Shown in pieces: positions 41,897 through 50,808 of a DNA stretch of 64,000 bases. A model generated the notes under the pieces. It searched no databases, was not told the origin of the DNA, and saw only the letters and a list, made by a program, of their open reading frames with translations. The translations under genes were made by a program, and so were the position numbers. The stretch comes from Polaromonas sp. Its GTDB lineage: Bacteria; Pseudomonadota; Gammaproteobacteria; Burkholderiales; Burkholderiaceae_C. The stretch lies in NCBI RefSeq assembly GCF_012927485.1, contig NZ_JABBPC010000036.1:47996-111995 (forward strand), written 5' to 3'. Numbering within the stretch: the first letter of the stretch is position 1; every line of letters starts with the position of its first letter.

Positions 41897-42469
41897 ATGA
41901 TTGGAAGACTTACTGGCCAGCTGGCCGAAAAAAATCCACCGGAGATCCTGGTCGATTGCAACGGTGTCGGCTATGAGGTACTGGTGCCCATGAGTACTTT
42001 TTACAACCTGCCCGGCCTGGGTGAAAAAGTCAGTTTGCTGACCCATTTCGTGGTGCGTGAAGACGCCCAGATTCTCTATGGTTTTGGCAGTGGCACCGAG
42101 CGCGCCGCCTTTCGCCAGCTCATCAAGATCTCCGGCGTCGGCCCGCGCACCGCGCTCAGCGTGCTCAGCGGGATGAGCGTTGAAGACCTGGCCCAGGCCG
42201 TGACCAGCCAGGAAGCCGGTCGCATCATCAAAGTGCCCGGCATCGGTAAGAAAACGGCTGAGCGCCTGCTGCTCGAACTCAAGGGCAAGCTCGGTGCGGA
42301 TATAGGACTTCGCGTTAGTGTGGCGGAGGATGCGCAATCCGACATCCTGCAGGCGCTGGTGGCGCTTGGCTACAGCGACCGGGATGCGGCGCTGGCCTTG
42401 AAGGCATTGCCGCGAGAGGTGGGTGTGAGTGACGGCATCAAGCTGGCGTTGAAGGCGTTGGCAAAATGA
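41897..42469 (+). CDS. ruvA: Holliday junction branch migration protein RuvA
   Basis: [37 protein letters not shown]. Confidence 0.96.
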   Translation: MIGRLTGQLAEKNPPEILVDCNGVGYEVLVPMSTFYNLPGLGEKVSLLTHFVVREDAQILYGFGSGTERAAFRQLIKISGVGPRTALSVLSGMSVEDLAQAVTSQEAGRIIKVPGIGKKTAERLLLELKGKLGADIGLRVSVAEDAQSDILQALVALGYSDRDAALALKALPREVGVSDGIKLALKALAK

Positions 42470-42500
42470 TGCCAGCGCTGAACTTCTGGCACCAAGTCTC

Positions 42501-43565
42501 ATGAGCATCCAGACCGACGACTTCGACATGTCCGACCTACCGCCGGCCAAGCGCATGCTGTCGGCGGCGCCTGCCTCACCGCGCGAAGAGGCGATTGAGC
42601 GCGCGCTTCGGCCCAAGCTATTTGACGAGTACGTGGGTCAGACCAAGGCGCGCGAGCAACTTGAGATTTTTATCGGTGCGGCAAAGATGCGTAGCGAAGC
42701 ACTGGACCATGTGCTGCTCTTCGGACCGCCCGGTTTAGGCAAGACCACGCTGTCGCACATCATTGCGCACGAACTGGGGGTCAACATGCGGCAGACGTCG
42801 GGCCCGGTGCTGGAGAAGCCGAAGGATCTGGCAGCGCTTTTGACCAACCTCGAAAAGAACGATGTTCTCTTTATCGATGAAATTCATCGGCTGAGTCCGG
42901 TGGTCGAGGAAATTCTTTATCCTGCGCTGGAGGACTACCAGATCGACATCATGATCGGAGAAGGCCCGGCGGCACGCAGCATCAAGCTGGATTTGCAGCC
43001 CTTCACCCTGGTCGGCGCTACCACCCGCGCCGGCATGCTGACCAACCCGCTGCGCGATCGTTTTGGGATTGTCGCAAGGCTGGAGTTTTACACTCCAGAA
43101 GAACTGGCGCGCATTGTCAAACGCAGCGCAGGGCTGCTCAACGTGCGCACCGACGCAGAAGGTGGTTTTGAAATTGCGCGTCGCTCACGCGGCACGCCGC
43201 GCATTGCCAACCGCCTGTTACGCCGCGTGCGGGATTACGCCGACGTCAAGGGCAGCGGCCAGATTACATTGGACATCGCCAACAAAGCGCTCGCCATGCT
43301 CGATGTGGACCCGCAAGGCTTCGACGTCATGGACCGCAAACTGCTCGAGGCTGTGATTCACCGTTTCGATGGGGGGCCGGTCGGCTTGGACAACATCGCC
43401 GCCAGCATTGGCGAAGAACGCGACACGATTGAAGATGTGATCGAGCCGTATCTGATTCAGCAGGGATTTTTGCAGCGCACCCCGCGGGGACGCATCGCCA
43501 CGCTCGCCGCCTATCGGCATCTAGGGGTGACGCCGCCGGTGAGTGGCAACGACATGTTCGACTGA
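42501..43565 (+). CDS. ruvB: Holliday junction helicase RuvB
   Basis: [38 protein letters not shown]. Confidence 0.97.
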   Translation: MSIQTDDFDMSDLPPAKRMLSAAPASPREEAIERALRPKLFDEYVGQTKAREQLEIFIGAAKMRSEALDHVLLFGPPGLGKTTLSHIIAHELGVNMRQTSGPVLEKPKDLAALLTNLEKNDVLFIDEIHRLSPVVEEILYPALEDYQIDIMIGEGPAARSIKLDLQPFTLVGATTRAGMLTNPLRDRFGIVARLEFYTPEELARIVKRSAGLLNVRTDAEGGFEIARRSRGTPRIANRLLRRVRDYADVKGSGQITLDIANKALAMLDVDPQGFDVMDRKLLEAVIHRFDGGPVGLDNIAASIGEERDTIEDVIEPYLIQQGFLQRTPRGRIATLAAYRHLGVTPPVSGNDMFD

Positions 43566-43618
43566 ACGCGCAGCAGCTATTGGAATTCTGACCAACCCGG
43601 TTGTCGCGCCATCGTCAA

Positions 43619-44800
43619 TCAAGTCATCGCACCGCGCGCATCCACGGTGTAAATCCGTTGCACGGTGCCGTTCCGAAGGCCGCCGCCCACGCCAATCATT
43701 ACATCGTGCAGATTCACGGTGGGGTCGCAGTGGCCAGGGATCAGCCACAGCATTTGGCCCAGTCCTGGCAGGCGCTGGCTGCCAGCGGCGGGGCGCAAAA
43801 TGCCGTGTTCATCGCCGCCGTTGAAGTAGTCCAGTTCGCTCTCGCTGTCGAAAGCGTGAACCAGCGGCATTCCGGAGTCAATGGCGTGGCTTTTGTGGCC
43901 AGCGTCGCACACGGCATGGTGGGTGTGCGTGCTGATCACCTGGGTTTTTACAAACAGCGCGTGCTCGAACTGCGGCTGGGCGGCATCACGCTCGTTTTTT
44001 GCGTAATCGGCGTCCATGAAAAGGAACGAGCCCGCTTGCAGTTCGCTGTAAACGCCGCTGGCCGCTTCCAACACCAGGCTGCCGGTGCCGGCGCCAGTCA
44101 CCAGACCGACTGAAATGCCCTGGGCTTCGATCAGCTGGCGCGTCAGCACCACCGCGTCCACGGCCTTGGCGATGGCCTCGCGTCTGGCTTGCGCGCTCCG
44201 CAGGTGTTGGGCCTTGCCGTGGTAAGCCTGAAGGCCGGCGAAGCGCAGCGCCGGGTGTTTGCGGATTTCAAGCGCCAACGCCACCGCTTCGGAACCGGGC
44301 TCGACGCCGCAGCGGCCTTGCCCGACGTCGATTTCCACCAACACATCAATCACGTTGGCTACGCCGTTGAGGGCGCGGGCGTCCGTCATGGCTTGTGCCA
44401 AGCGGACCACGCCCTCGGTGCTGTCTACTGCAATGGCAAGTTGGCCGCCATGTTCCGACACCTTTTGCACCAGCGCCGCGATGCGTGCGAGCTTGCCAGG
44501 GGCGATCACCTCGTTGCTGATGAACAGGTTGTAAACTCCGCCCGCCACCATGGCTTCAGCCTCCGCGGTTTTTTGAACGCACACGCCCACCGCACCGGCC
44601 TTGATCTGCTTCTTGGCCAGCGTGGCGCTTTTGTGCAGCTTGGCATGCGGGCGCCAGAGGATGTTGTGTTTTTTGGCGAATTCCGCCATTCGGTTCAGGT
44701 TGCGCCTCATCGCGTCGAGGTCAATCACCAGCGCGGGTGTGTCAATATCATGGACCGGCTTGCCCATCAAGTCGGCGATATGAGGTGGCAAAGAAGTCAT
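43619..44800 (-). CDS. DSD1-family PLP enzyme (D-threonine aldolase / D-serine dehydratase-like)
   Basis: DTPALVIDLD, RPHAKLHK, GLQAYHG, SELQAGSF.FMD, GDEHG, PGHCDPTVN; ATG 44800 inferred. Confidence 0.85.
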   Translation of the reverse strand: MTSLPPHIADLMGKPVHDIDTPALVIDLDAMRRNLNRMAEFAKKHNILWRPHAKLHKSATLAKKQIKAGAVGVCVQKTAEAEAMVAGGVYNLFISNEVIAPGKLARIAALVQKVSEHGGQLAIAVDSTEGVVRLAQAMTDARALNGVANVIDVLVEIDVGQGRCGVEPGSEAVALALEIRKHPALRFAGLQAYHGKAQHLRSAQARREAIAKAVDAVVLTRQLIEAQGISVGLVTGAGTGSLVLEAASGVYSELQAGSFLFMDADYAKNERDAAQPQFEHALFVKTQVISTHTHHAVCDAGHKSHAIDSGMPLVHAFDSESELDYFNGGDEHGILRPAAGSQRLPGLGQMLWLIPGHCDPTVNLHDVMIGVGGGLRNGTVQRIYTVDARGAMT

Positions 44801-44816
44801 TGCGCGCCTGATTTGA

Positions 44817-45482
44817 TCATTGGGTACGGGCAGCGCCATTTGCAAACGGGCCGTCATCCAGCACTTGATCGTCCAGATGCTGGGTGTCGGCCCACCCCAC
44901 CAGTGTGAACCCCTCGGAAGTCCATAGCAGGCGGTTGATGGCCGCATTGCCGAGGGCCCAAGTGCGCGGCGCCTGAATGTCCAGGCGGGTGGCTGCGCGG
45001 TACAGCACATCCATCACGCCGCCATGCCCCACCATGGCAATCAGCTCTCCCGCATGTTCAGCGGCCAGCCGCTCTGCGGCCTCAACGACGCGGCTGCGCA
45101 GCGCCAAGAGTGACTCACCGCCGGTTGGCGCAAACTCCGGATCGCGCTTGCGCCAACGCCGGGACTGGTCCGGCAACAGTTTTTCAATTTCGGCAAAGGT
45201 CTTTCCTTGAAAGTCTCCAAAACCGCGTTCGCGCAGGCCCTCTTCTTTAATGACCTCAATATTCAGCGCGCGCCCAAGGTATTGCGCCGTTTCCCAAGCC
45301 CGTGTGAGGTCACTGGCGTAAATCGCCGTGATCGGACTGTCCGCCAGCGCCTGCGCCATACGTTCGGCCTGCAGGCGGCCCGTGCGATTTAACGGAATGT
45401 CGAGGTGACCCTGAATACGGGTGTCCACATTCCAGGTGGTTTCGCCATGGCGGATGGCGATGATGCGGGTGGGTTCAGTCAT
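44817..45482 (-). CDS. Histidine phosphatase family protein
   Basis: RHGETTWN, ASDLTRAWETA, GGES, VGHGG. Confidence 0.88.
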   Translation of the reverse strand: MTEPTRIIAIRHGETTWNVDTRIQGHLDIPLNRTGRLQAERMAQALADSPITAIYASDLTRAWETAQYLGRALNIEVIKEEGLRERGFGDFQGKTFAEIEKLLPDQSRRWRKRDPEFAPTGGESLLALRSRVVEAAERLAAEHAGELIAMVGHGGVMDVLYRAATRLDIQAPRTWALGNAAINRLLWTSEGFTLVGWADTQHLDDQVLDDGPFANGAARTQ

Positions 45483-45540
45483 CGGGAGTACAACAATTTG
45501 CAGTGAAGTGAAGGTTAAATGCTGAAGTGGCGCGGGATCA

Positions 45541-46158
45541 TCAGCGAGGAATTTCGACATTGATGCGGCGCGGACCCGGCGGTGGCTGGGGGAAGCCGCG
45601 CAGTGCGGCGTCCAGCATGCCGGACAGCACGGCCAGGGTATCGCTCCACACGCCGTCGTTCAGGGCTCGGGTTTCAAAGACGACCTGGTTGGAACTGAGG
45701 TCGCGAATCAAAATGGAGAGTTCGCGTTTGAAGTAAGGCTCCGAAAAGCGCATGGGAAATGACAGGCCCAACGAAGCCCCCCGGCTTCCACCTCCCAGAA
45801 AAACACCGGGGGTGGGAAATCCGAAGCCGTCATAGCCGACGCCGTCATAGGGCACACGCTCAACGACCTGTGTGTTGATCATGACTTGTACGCTGTAGCG
45901 TGCGACAGAGGGATTGAGGTCCATGCCGACCTTGGCCAGCGCGGTGCGCGCCAGCCCTTCCACGTAGTCCTGTTGCGCTCCAACCACCTGTTGTGAGGGT
46001 AGGCGTTCGAATCGGTAAGCCGTGCCGGGCACGGGCGGGGCGGCGCTCCAGCGAGAGAACGCGGTGACATCGCTATCGACCACCCTCAAGCCGGAGCAGC
46101 CCGCCATGAAAAAGGCCAGGACCGCTACTGAAAATATAGCTGTGATTGCTCGTTTCAT
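45541..46158 (-). CDS. DUF4136-like lipoprotein
   Basis: AGGAGG RBS, lipobox FMAGC, YRFERLPSQQ, VVFETRA. Confidence 0.75.
   Translation of the reverse strand: MKRAITAIFSVAVLAFFMAGCSGLRVVDSDVTAFSRWSAAPPVPGTAYRFERLPSQQVVGAQQDYVEGLARTALAKVGMDLNPSVARYSVQVMINTQVVERVPYDGVGYDGFGFPTPGVFLGGGSRGASLGLSFPMRFSEPYFKRELSILIRDLSSNQVVFETRALNDGVWSDTLAVLSGMLDAALRGFPQPPPGPRRINVEIPR
46124..46140. repeat. GCTA-N9-TAGC palindromic core inside lipoprotein signal-peptide coding region
   Basis: GCTACTGAAAATATAGC, 16/17 identical to the core at 53176-53192. Confidence 0.55.
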
Positions 46159-46188
46159 GAGACCTCCTGATACGTTTTGAAAACCTCG

Positions 46189-47133
46189 TTATTGCGGGGA
46201 AATTCCGATCACCGAAAGACCCGAAAGATTGGGGCGGTCCGGTTGGATAAATTCTTCGACATCAAACGCCCTGTCTCCGTCGGCATCGGCGACGCCGGTC
46301 GTCCTGATGTTCTTGAAGTCGTGGCGTTTGCTGTCCATCAAATGCGAAGGCACGATGTTTTGCAGCGCAGCGAACATATTCTCCAGGCGGCCGGGGTGCT
46401 TTTTCTCCCATTCGCGCAGCAGGTTGCCGACCTGCTTGCGCTGCAGGTTTTCCTGGCTGCCGCAGAGCGAGCACGGAATGATGGGGAAATCTTTTACCTG
46501 CGCCCAGCGTGTCAAGTCGTTCTCGGTCACATAGGCCATGGGACGAATCACAACATTTTTACCGTCGTCGCTCACCAGCTTGGGCGGCATGCCCTTGAGC
46601 TTGGCCGCAAAAAACAGGTTCAAAAAGAACGTCTGCAGCATGTCGTCACGGTGATGACCCAGTGCGATCTTGGTCGCGCCGAGTTCGCCTGCTACCCGGT
46701 ACAAAATCCCGCGCCGCAACCGTGAACACAGCGAGCACAGCGTTTTCCCTTCGGGAATGACGCGCTTGACGATGCTGTAAGTGTCCTGGTTTTCGATATG
46801 AAAAGGCACCCCGAGCTTGGCCAGGTAATCCGGTAACACATGCGCTGGAAAGCCTGGCTGCTTCTGGTCCAGGTTGACGGCGACGAGCTCGAAATTGATG
46901 GGCGCGCGCTGTTGCAGTTTCAACAAAATATCGAGCATGGCGTAACTGTCTTTGCCGCCCGATACACACACCATGACCTTGTCGCCTTCTTCAATCATGT
47001 TGAAGTCCACGATCGCGCGGCCCACCTCTCGACAAAGCCGCTTTTCGAGCTTGTGATCTTCGCGTTCAATTTTCAGGGCGTTCTGCACGCGCGCCGAACT
47101 TTCAAGCCGGTCTTCTATCCACAAAGCGTTCAT
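46189..47133 (-). CDS. ttcA: tRNA 2-thiocytidine(32) synthetase TtcA
   Basis: SGGKDSY PP-loop, [31 protein letters not shown]. Confidence 0.95.
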   Translation of the reverse strand: MNALWIEDRLESSARVQNALKIEREDHKLEKRLCREVGRAIVDFNMIEEGDKVMVCVSGGKDSYAMLDILLKLQQRAPINFELVAVNLDQKQPGFPAHVLPDYLAKLGVPFHIENQDTYSIVKRVIPEGKTLCSLCSRLRRGILYRVAGELGATKIALGHHRDDMLQTFFLNLFFAAKLKGMPPKLVSDDGKNVVIRPMAYVTENDLTRWAQVKDFPIIPCSLCGSQENLQRKQVGNLLREWEKKHPGRLENMFAALQNIVPSHLMDSKRHDFKNIRTTGVADADGDRAFDVEEFIQPDRPNLSGLSVIGISPQ

Positions 47134-47138
47134 AGCGT

Positions 47139-47510
47139 TTACCACTGTCCCGTCTCGACGCGAATCGCCACTTCGCAGTCGTCAAAAATTTCGAGTTTTG
47201 CAATCTTCACACGCACACCGAGCACACCGGGCAGCTGCATCAGCCGATGCGCCAGCTTGCCGATGAGGCTTTCCAGCAGGTTGACGTGCTCCGCCGTGCA
47301 TTCGGTGATGATGATTTGGCGCACCTTGCGATAGTCCAGCACGCGGCAGATATCGTCATCTTGGGGCAGCAGGTGCTGCGTGCCCAGGTTCAATTCGGCG
47401 TCCACCTGAATCGGCTGAGGCGCGTTTTTTTCGTGTTCCAGGATTCCCAGATTCGCGTCGAAGCGCAGACCTGTCAGGTTCAGAATTTGAGTACCTCGGG
47501 TGTTGAACAT
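47139..47510 (-). CDS. folB: Dihydroneopterin aldolase
   Basis: LGILEHE...[23 protein letters not shown]. Confidence 0.8.
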   Translation of the reverse strand: MFNTRGTQILNLTGLRFDANLGILEHEKNAPQPIQVDAELNLGTQHLLPQDDDICRVLDYRKVRQIIITECTAEHVNLLESLIGKLAHRLMQLPGVLGVRVKIAKLEIFDDCEVAIRVETGQW

Positions 47511-47564
47511 GATGTCAGTGTGTAGTGTTTTCAGGTGTCGGGTCTGTCAGCGGTTGCCGATGTT

Positions 47565-48332
47565 TCACATCAGCGAAAAATCGCGCTCGAACTTCATCAG
47601 GTGCTGGCCCCCGTCCACCAGCAAGGTGGTGCCGGTTATGGACGCGTTCTCCAGCGCAAACTTGACGGCTGCGGCAACGTCGGCGGGCGTAGAAGAGCGG
47701 CCCAGTGGCGAAAGCTTGTGCCGCGCCTCGAATTCGCTGCCGCTTAACAAGTGGCTGGTCAAGGTCAGCCCGGGTGCGACGCCCACCACACGCACCTGTG
47801 GTGCCAGCGCCAGTGCCAGCATGGTGCCGGCCGCCTCTAACGCGGCTTTGGACAGCGTGTAGCTGAAAAAGTCGGGGTTCTGGTTCCACAGCTTTTGGTC
47901 GAGTAAATTGACCACCGCGCCGCTGGCGTTCCGGGCGGCAACGTGGCCATGCAGCGCCTGGGCCAGCACGATGGCCGCGCCGGTGTTGCTGTGCAGATGC
48001 TTGTCCAGGCTCGCAAAGCTAAAGCTTGCGGCCGAGTCGTGTTCAAAGGTCGAGGCGCTATTCACCACGGCATCGACCCGGCCAAAATGGGCCACCACGC
48101 GCGGCAACAGTTCGCGCACCGCCGCTTCATCTGCTAAATCAGCATCGAAAGCCGCCGACGCCCCCGAAAGGTGGGCGCAGTCCGCGACTGTTTTATCCGC
48201 ATCCGGTTTTGAACTGCGGTAGTGCACCGCGATCTGCCAACCGCCCGCCGCCAGCGCCAATGCAATTTCCCGGCCAAGCCGCTTGGCTGCGCCGGTTACG
48301 AGAACGACAGGTTGAGTTTGGGATGAGTTCAT
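47565..48332 (-). CDS. SDR oxidoreductase, pteridine reductase/FolM-like
   Basis: TGAAKRLG, IAVHY, VVNSAS, YTLSK; adjacent to folB; ATG 48332 inferred. Confidence 0.8.
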   Translation of the reverse strand: MNSSQTQPVVLVTGAAKRLGREIALALAAGGWQIAVHYRSSKPDADKTVADCAHLSGASAAFDADLADEAAVRELLPRVVAHFGRVDAVVNSASTFEHDSAASFSFASLDKHLHSNTGAAIVLAQALHGHVAARNASGAVVNLLDQKLWNQNPDFFSYTLSKAALEAAGTMLALALAPQVRVVGVAPGLTLTSHLLSGSEFEARHKLSPLGRSSTPADVAAAVKFALENASITGTTLLVDGGQHLMKFERDFSLM

Positions 48333-48402
48333 CAGGGCTGAGGCGATGGTGAGGCGATAAGGAACAAGGGTAGATCGCCGACAATCAGCGGCAGTGATAA
48401 AT

Positions 48403-49551
48403 ATGACCCAAACCTCTATTTTAACGAACGACCTGCAGGTGCACATCGCCAAGGCCATTGGCGCTGCGGGCGGCTGGCTTGGATTTGACGACTTCATGGC
48501 CTTGGCGCTTTACACCCCGGGCTTGGGTTACTACGCCAACGACTCGCTTAAATTTGGCCTGATGCCCGCTGGCGCGCACGGACTGAAGGGCGCCGGCAGC
48601 GATTTTGTGACAGCGCCCGAATTGTCCCCGCGTTTTGGCCAAACCTTGGCCCGTCAGGTGGCCCAAGCCCTGCAGGCCAGCGCCACCGCCGAAGTATGGG
48701 AATTCGGGGCGGGTTCTGGCGCGCTGGCGCTGCAGATTCTTGACACGCTTGGGCCGGAGATCGAGCGCTACACGATCGTGGACTTGTCAGGCAGTTTGCG
48801 TGCGCGTCAGCGCGAACGGCTGGCCGTACATGGCGCCAAGGTGCGCTGGGCGACCGAGTTGCCGGCAGAAATGCGCGGCGTGGTGCTGGGCAATGAGGTG
48901 CTGGATGCCATGCCGGTTAAATTGCTGATGCGACTGAACGGCGTCTGGCACGAGCGCGGCGTAGTGGCCGCCAGTCTCGAAGCGCCGCAAGGCCGTTTTA
49001 TTTACGCCGACCAATTGACTGCGTTGCGGCCACCGCTTGAGGTGCCGGGCCAGCAGGACTATCTGACCGAAATTCACCCTCAGGCGGAAGGTTTTATCCG
49101 CACGCTGGCGGACCGGCTGAAAGTCGGCGCGGTGTTTCTGCTGGACTACGGTTTTCCCGAACACGAGTACTACCATCCCCAGCGCAGCATGGGGACGGTG
49201 ATGTGTCACCGCAACCACTTGGTAGATGCCGACGCGCTGGCGGATGTGGGCCTTAAAGATATCACGGCACATGTCAATTTCACCGGCATCGCCTTAGCCG
49301 GGCAGGAAGCCGGTTTAGCAGTCGCGGGCTACACCAGTCAAGGCCGTTTTCTGCTCAACTGCGGATTGCTGGACGGCATGGAAAATTCAAGCCTTAGCGA
49401 GCGCGCCATGGTACAAAAGCTGGTCAATGAGCACGAAATGGGGGAGTTGTTCAAGGTCATCGCCTTTGCAACCGGCAAGCTAAAGAATCCCGACGGCACG
49501 GCCTGGGAACCGCTGGGGTTTAATGCAGGTGACCGGACCCACACGTTGTAG
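48403..49551 (+). CDS. SAM-dependent methyltransferase, NDUFAF7/MidA-like
   Basis: FMALALYTPGLGYY, DFVTAPELS, EFGAGSG, NEVLDAMP, DYG, DITAHVNF. Confidence 0.85.
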   Translation: MTQTSILTNDLQVHIAKAIGAAGGWLGFDDFMALALYTPGLGYYANDSLKFGLMPAGAHGLKGAGSDFVTAPELSPRFGQTLARQVAQALQASATAEVWEFGAGSGALALQILDTLGPEIERYTIVDLSGSLRARQRERLAVHGAKVRWATELPAEMRGVVLGNEVLDAMPVKLLMRLNGVWHERGVVAASLEAPQGRFIYADQLTALRPPLEVPGQQDYLTEIHPQAEGFIRTLADRLKVGAVFLLDYGFPEHEYYHPQRSMGTVMCHRNHLVDADALADVGLKDITAHVNFTGIALAGQEAGLAVAGYTSQGRFLLNCGLLDGMENSSLSERAMVQKLVNEHEMGELFKVIAFATGKLKNPDGTAWEPLGFNAGDRTHTL

Positions 49552-49562
49552 AGCCAGGCGCC

Positions 49563-49757
49563 ATGATTCGCTGGTTCATCGTTATTTTTCTCGCACTGGT
49601 TTTTATCAGCTGGTTCAGCCCCTTGCTGCAGAAACTCGGCTTCGGCAAACTGCCGGGCGACCTGCGCTTTCGACTGTTTGGCCGCCAGTGGTTTATTCCG
49701 CTGACCAGCACGATTTTGCTGAGCTTCGTGGCCAGCTTGATCGCCCGATACATTTGA
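49563..49757 (+). CDS. DUF2905 small membrane protein
   Basis: GFGKLPGD..F....FIPLTSTILLS. Confidence 0.8.
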   Translation: MIRWFIVIFLALVFISWFSPLLQKLGFGKLPGDLRFRLFGRQWFIPLTSTILLSFVASLIARYI

Positions 49758-49778
49758 TTAGCTTGAAAAGGTGATCGC

Positions 49779-50744
49779 ATGAAAGCTTGTGTCGATTTGG
49801 GCGGTACCAAAGTCGCTGTCAGTCTGGCGGGAACTGGGGCCGGGGCGAACGCAGCATCGGCCGCGCACGCCGTTCCGTGGCTGGCACGGCGCTCCGAGCC
49901 CACTGCCAAGACCGGCAATCCGGATGCCGTGGCGCTGCAGATACTGCGCCTGCTTGCGGCCACTTGCCAGGACGCCGGTGTCAGCGAGCAGGCCATCGAG
50001 GCGGTGGGTGTGTCCTCCTGTGGCCCCTTTGTGATCAAGGCGGGCATGATCGAGCTGGCAGCTCCCAACATCTGCGGTGGCCTGGCCGGACCCGCGCGCG
50101 GCCTGCCCAACGAATGGACCAGCGCGCTGCTGGAAGCGCCCCTCCGCCAGAAATTTGCCAATCTGAGAATTGAAAACGACGGCATCGGCGCGCTGCAAGC
50201 CGAACGTCGCTGGGGCGCCCTACAAGGCATCGATAACTGCGCCTATGTAACCTGGAGCACGGGCATTGGTTGCGGGCTATGTGTCGACGGCCACGTGTTG
50301 CGGGGTAAACATGGCAACGCCGGCCATGCGGGCCACATGTTTGTGATTGACAACAACGATGCGTTGTGCGGCTGCGGCAACATTGGGGACGTGGAAGCGC
50401 TGGTCGCTGGCAATGCGGTAGCGCGCCGTTTTGTTGCGGCAGGCTACACCGACGCCGCCAGTGTTTTTTCGGCTGCGCAGGGGGGCAAACAAACCGCAGT
50501 CGCCATCGTGGACGAGCTATGCCGGGTGATGGGACGCGCGCTGTACAACCTGGTTGTTACGCTGGACTTGGAGCGCATCAGCCTGGGCGGCAGCGTGTTC
50601 TGGCATCACCGCGACTATCTGCTGCCGCGCTTGCAGTCGTTCATCGGCAGCAAGTTGCCGGCGCTGACGGGCGGTTTTGAGCTGGTGCCTGCTGGGCTGG
50701 GAGAGCAGGTCGGCGACTTCGGCGCTTTGGCGCTGGTGAGCTGA
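49779..50744 (+). CDS. ROK-family sugar kinase
   Basis: VDLGGTKV, IENDG, STGIGCG, CGCGNIGDVE zinc motif, ISLGGSV. Confidence 0.85.
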   Translation: MKACVDLGGTKVAVSLAGTGAGANAASAAHAVPWLARRSEPTAKTGNPDAVALQILRLLAATCQDAGVSEQAIEAVGVSSCGPFVIKAGMIELAAPNICGGLAGPARGLPNEWTSALLEAPLRQKFANLRIENDGIGALQAERRWGALQGIDNCAYVTWSTGIGCGLCVDGHVLRGKHGNAGHAGHMFVIDNNDALCGCGNIGDVEALVAGNAVARRFVAAGYTDAASVFSAAQGGKQTAVAIVDELCRVMGRALYNLVVTLDLERISLGGSVFWHHRDYLLPRLQSFIGSKLPALTGGFELVPAGLGEQVGDFGALALVS

Positions 50745-50808
50745 TGCGGCTGGCATCAGGGTAAACATCGGCGCTTCCGGCCACTGCTCTAACCGCTCCG
50801 AAACGGCG

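Noticed and set aside
41816-42616. 607-aa ORF extending PhoH 267 codons upstream
   Set aside because: Extension is antisense to ruvA/ruvB; PhoH-like sequence starts near 41815; long antisense frames are common at high GC
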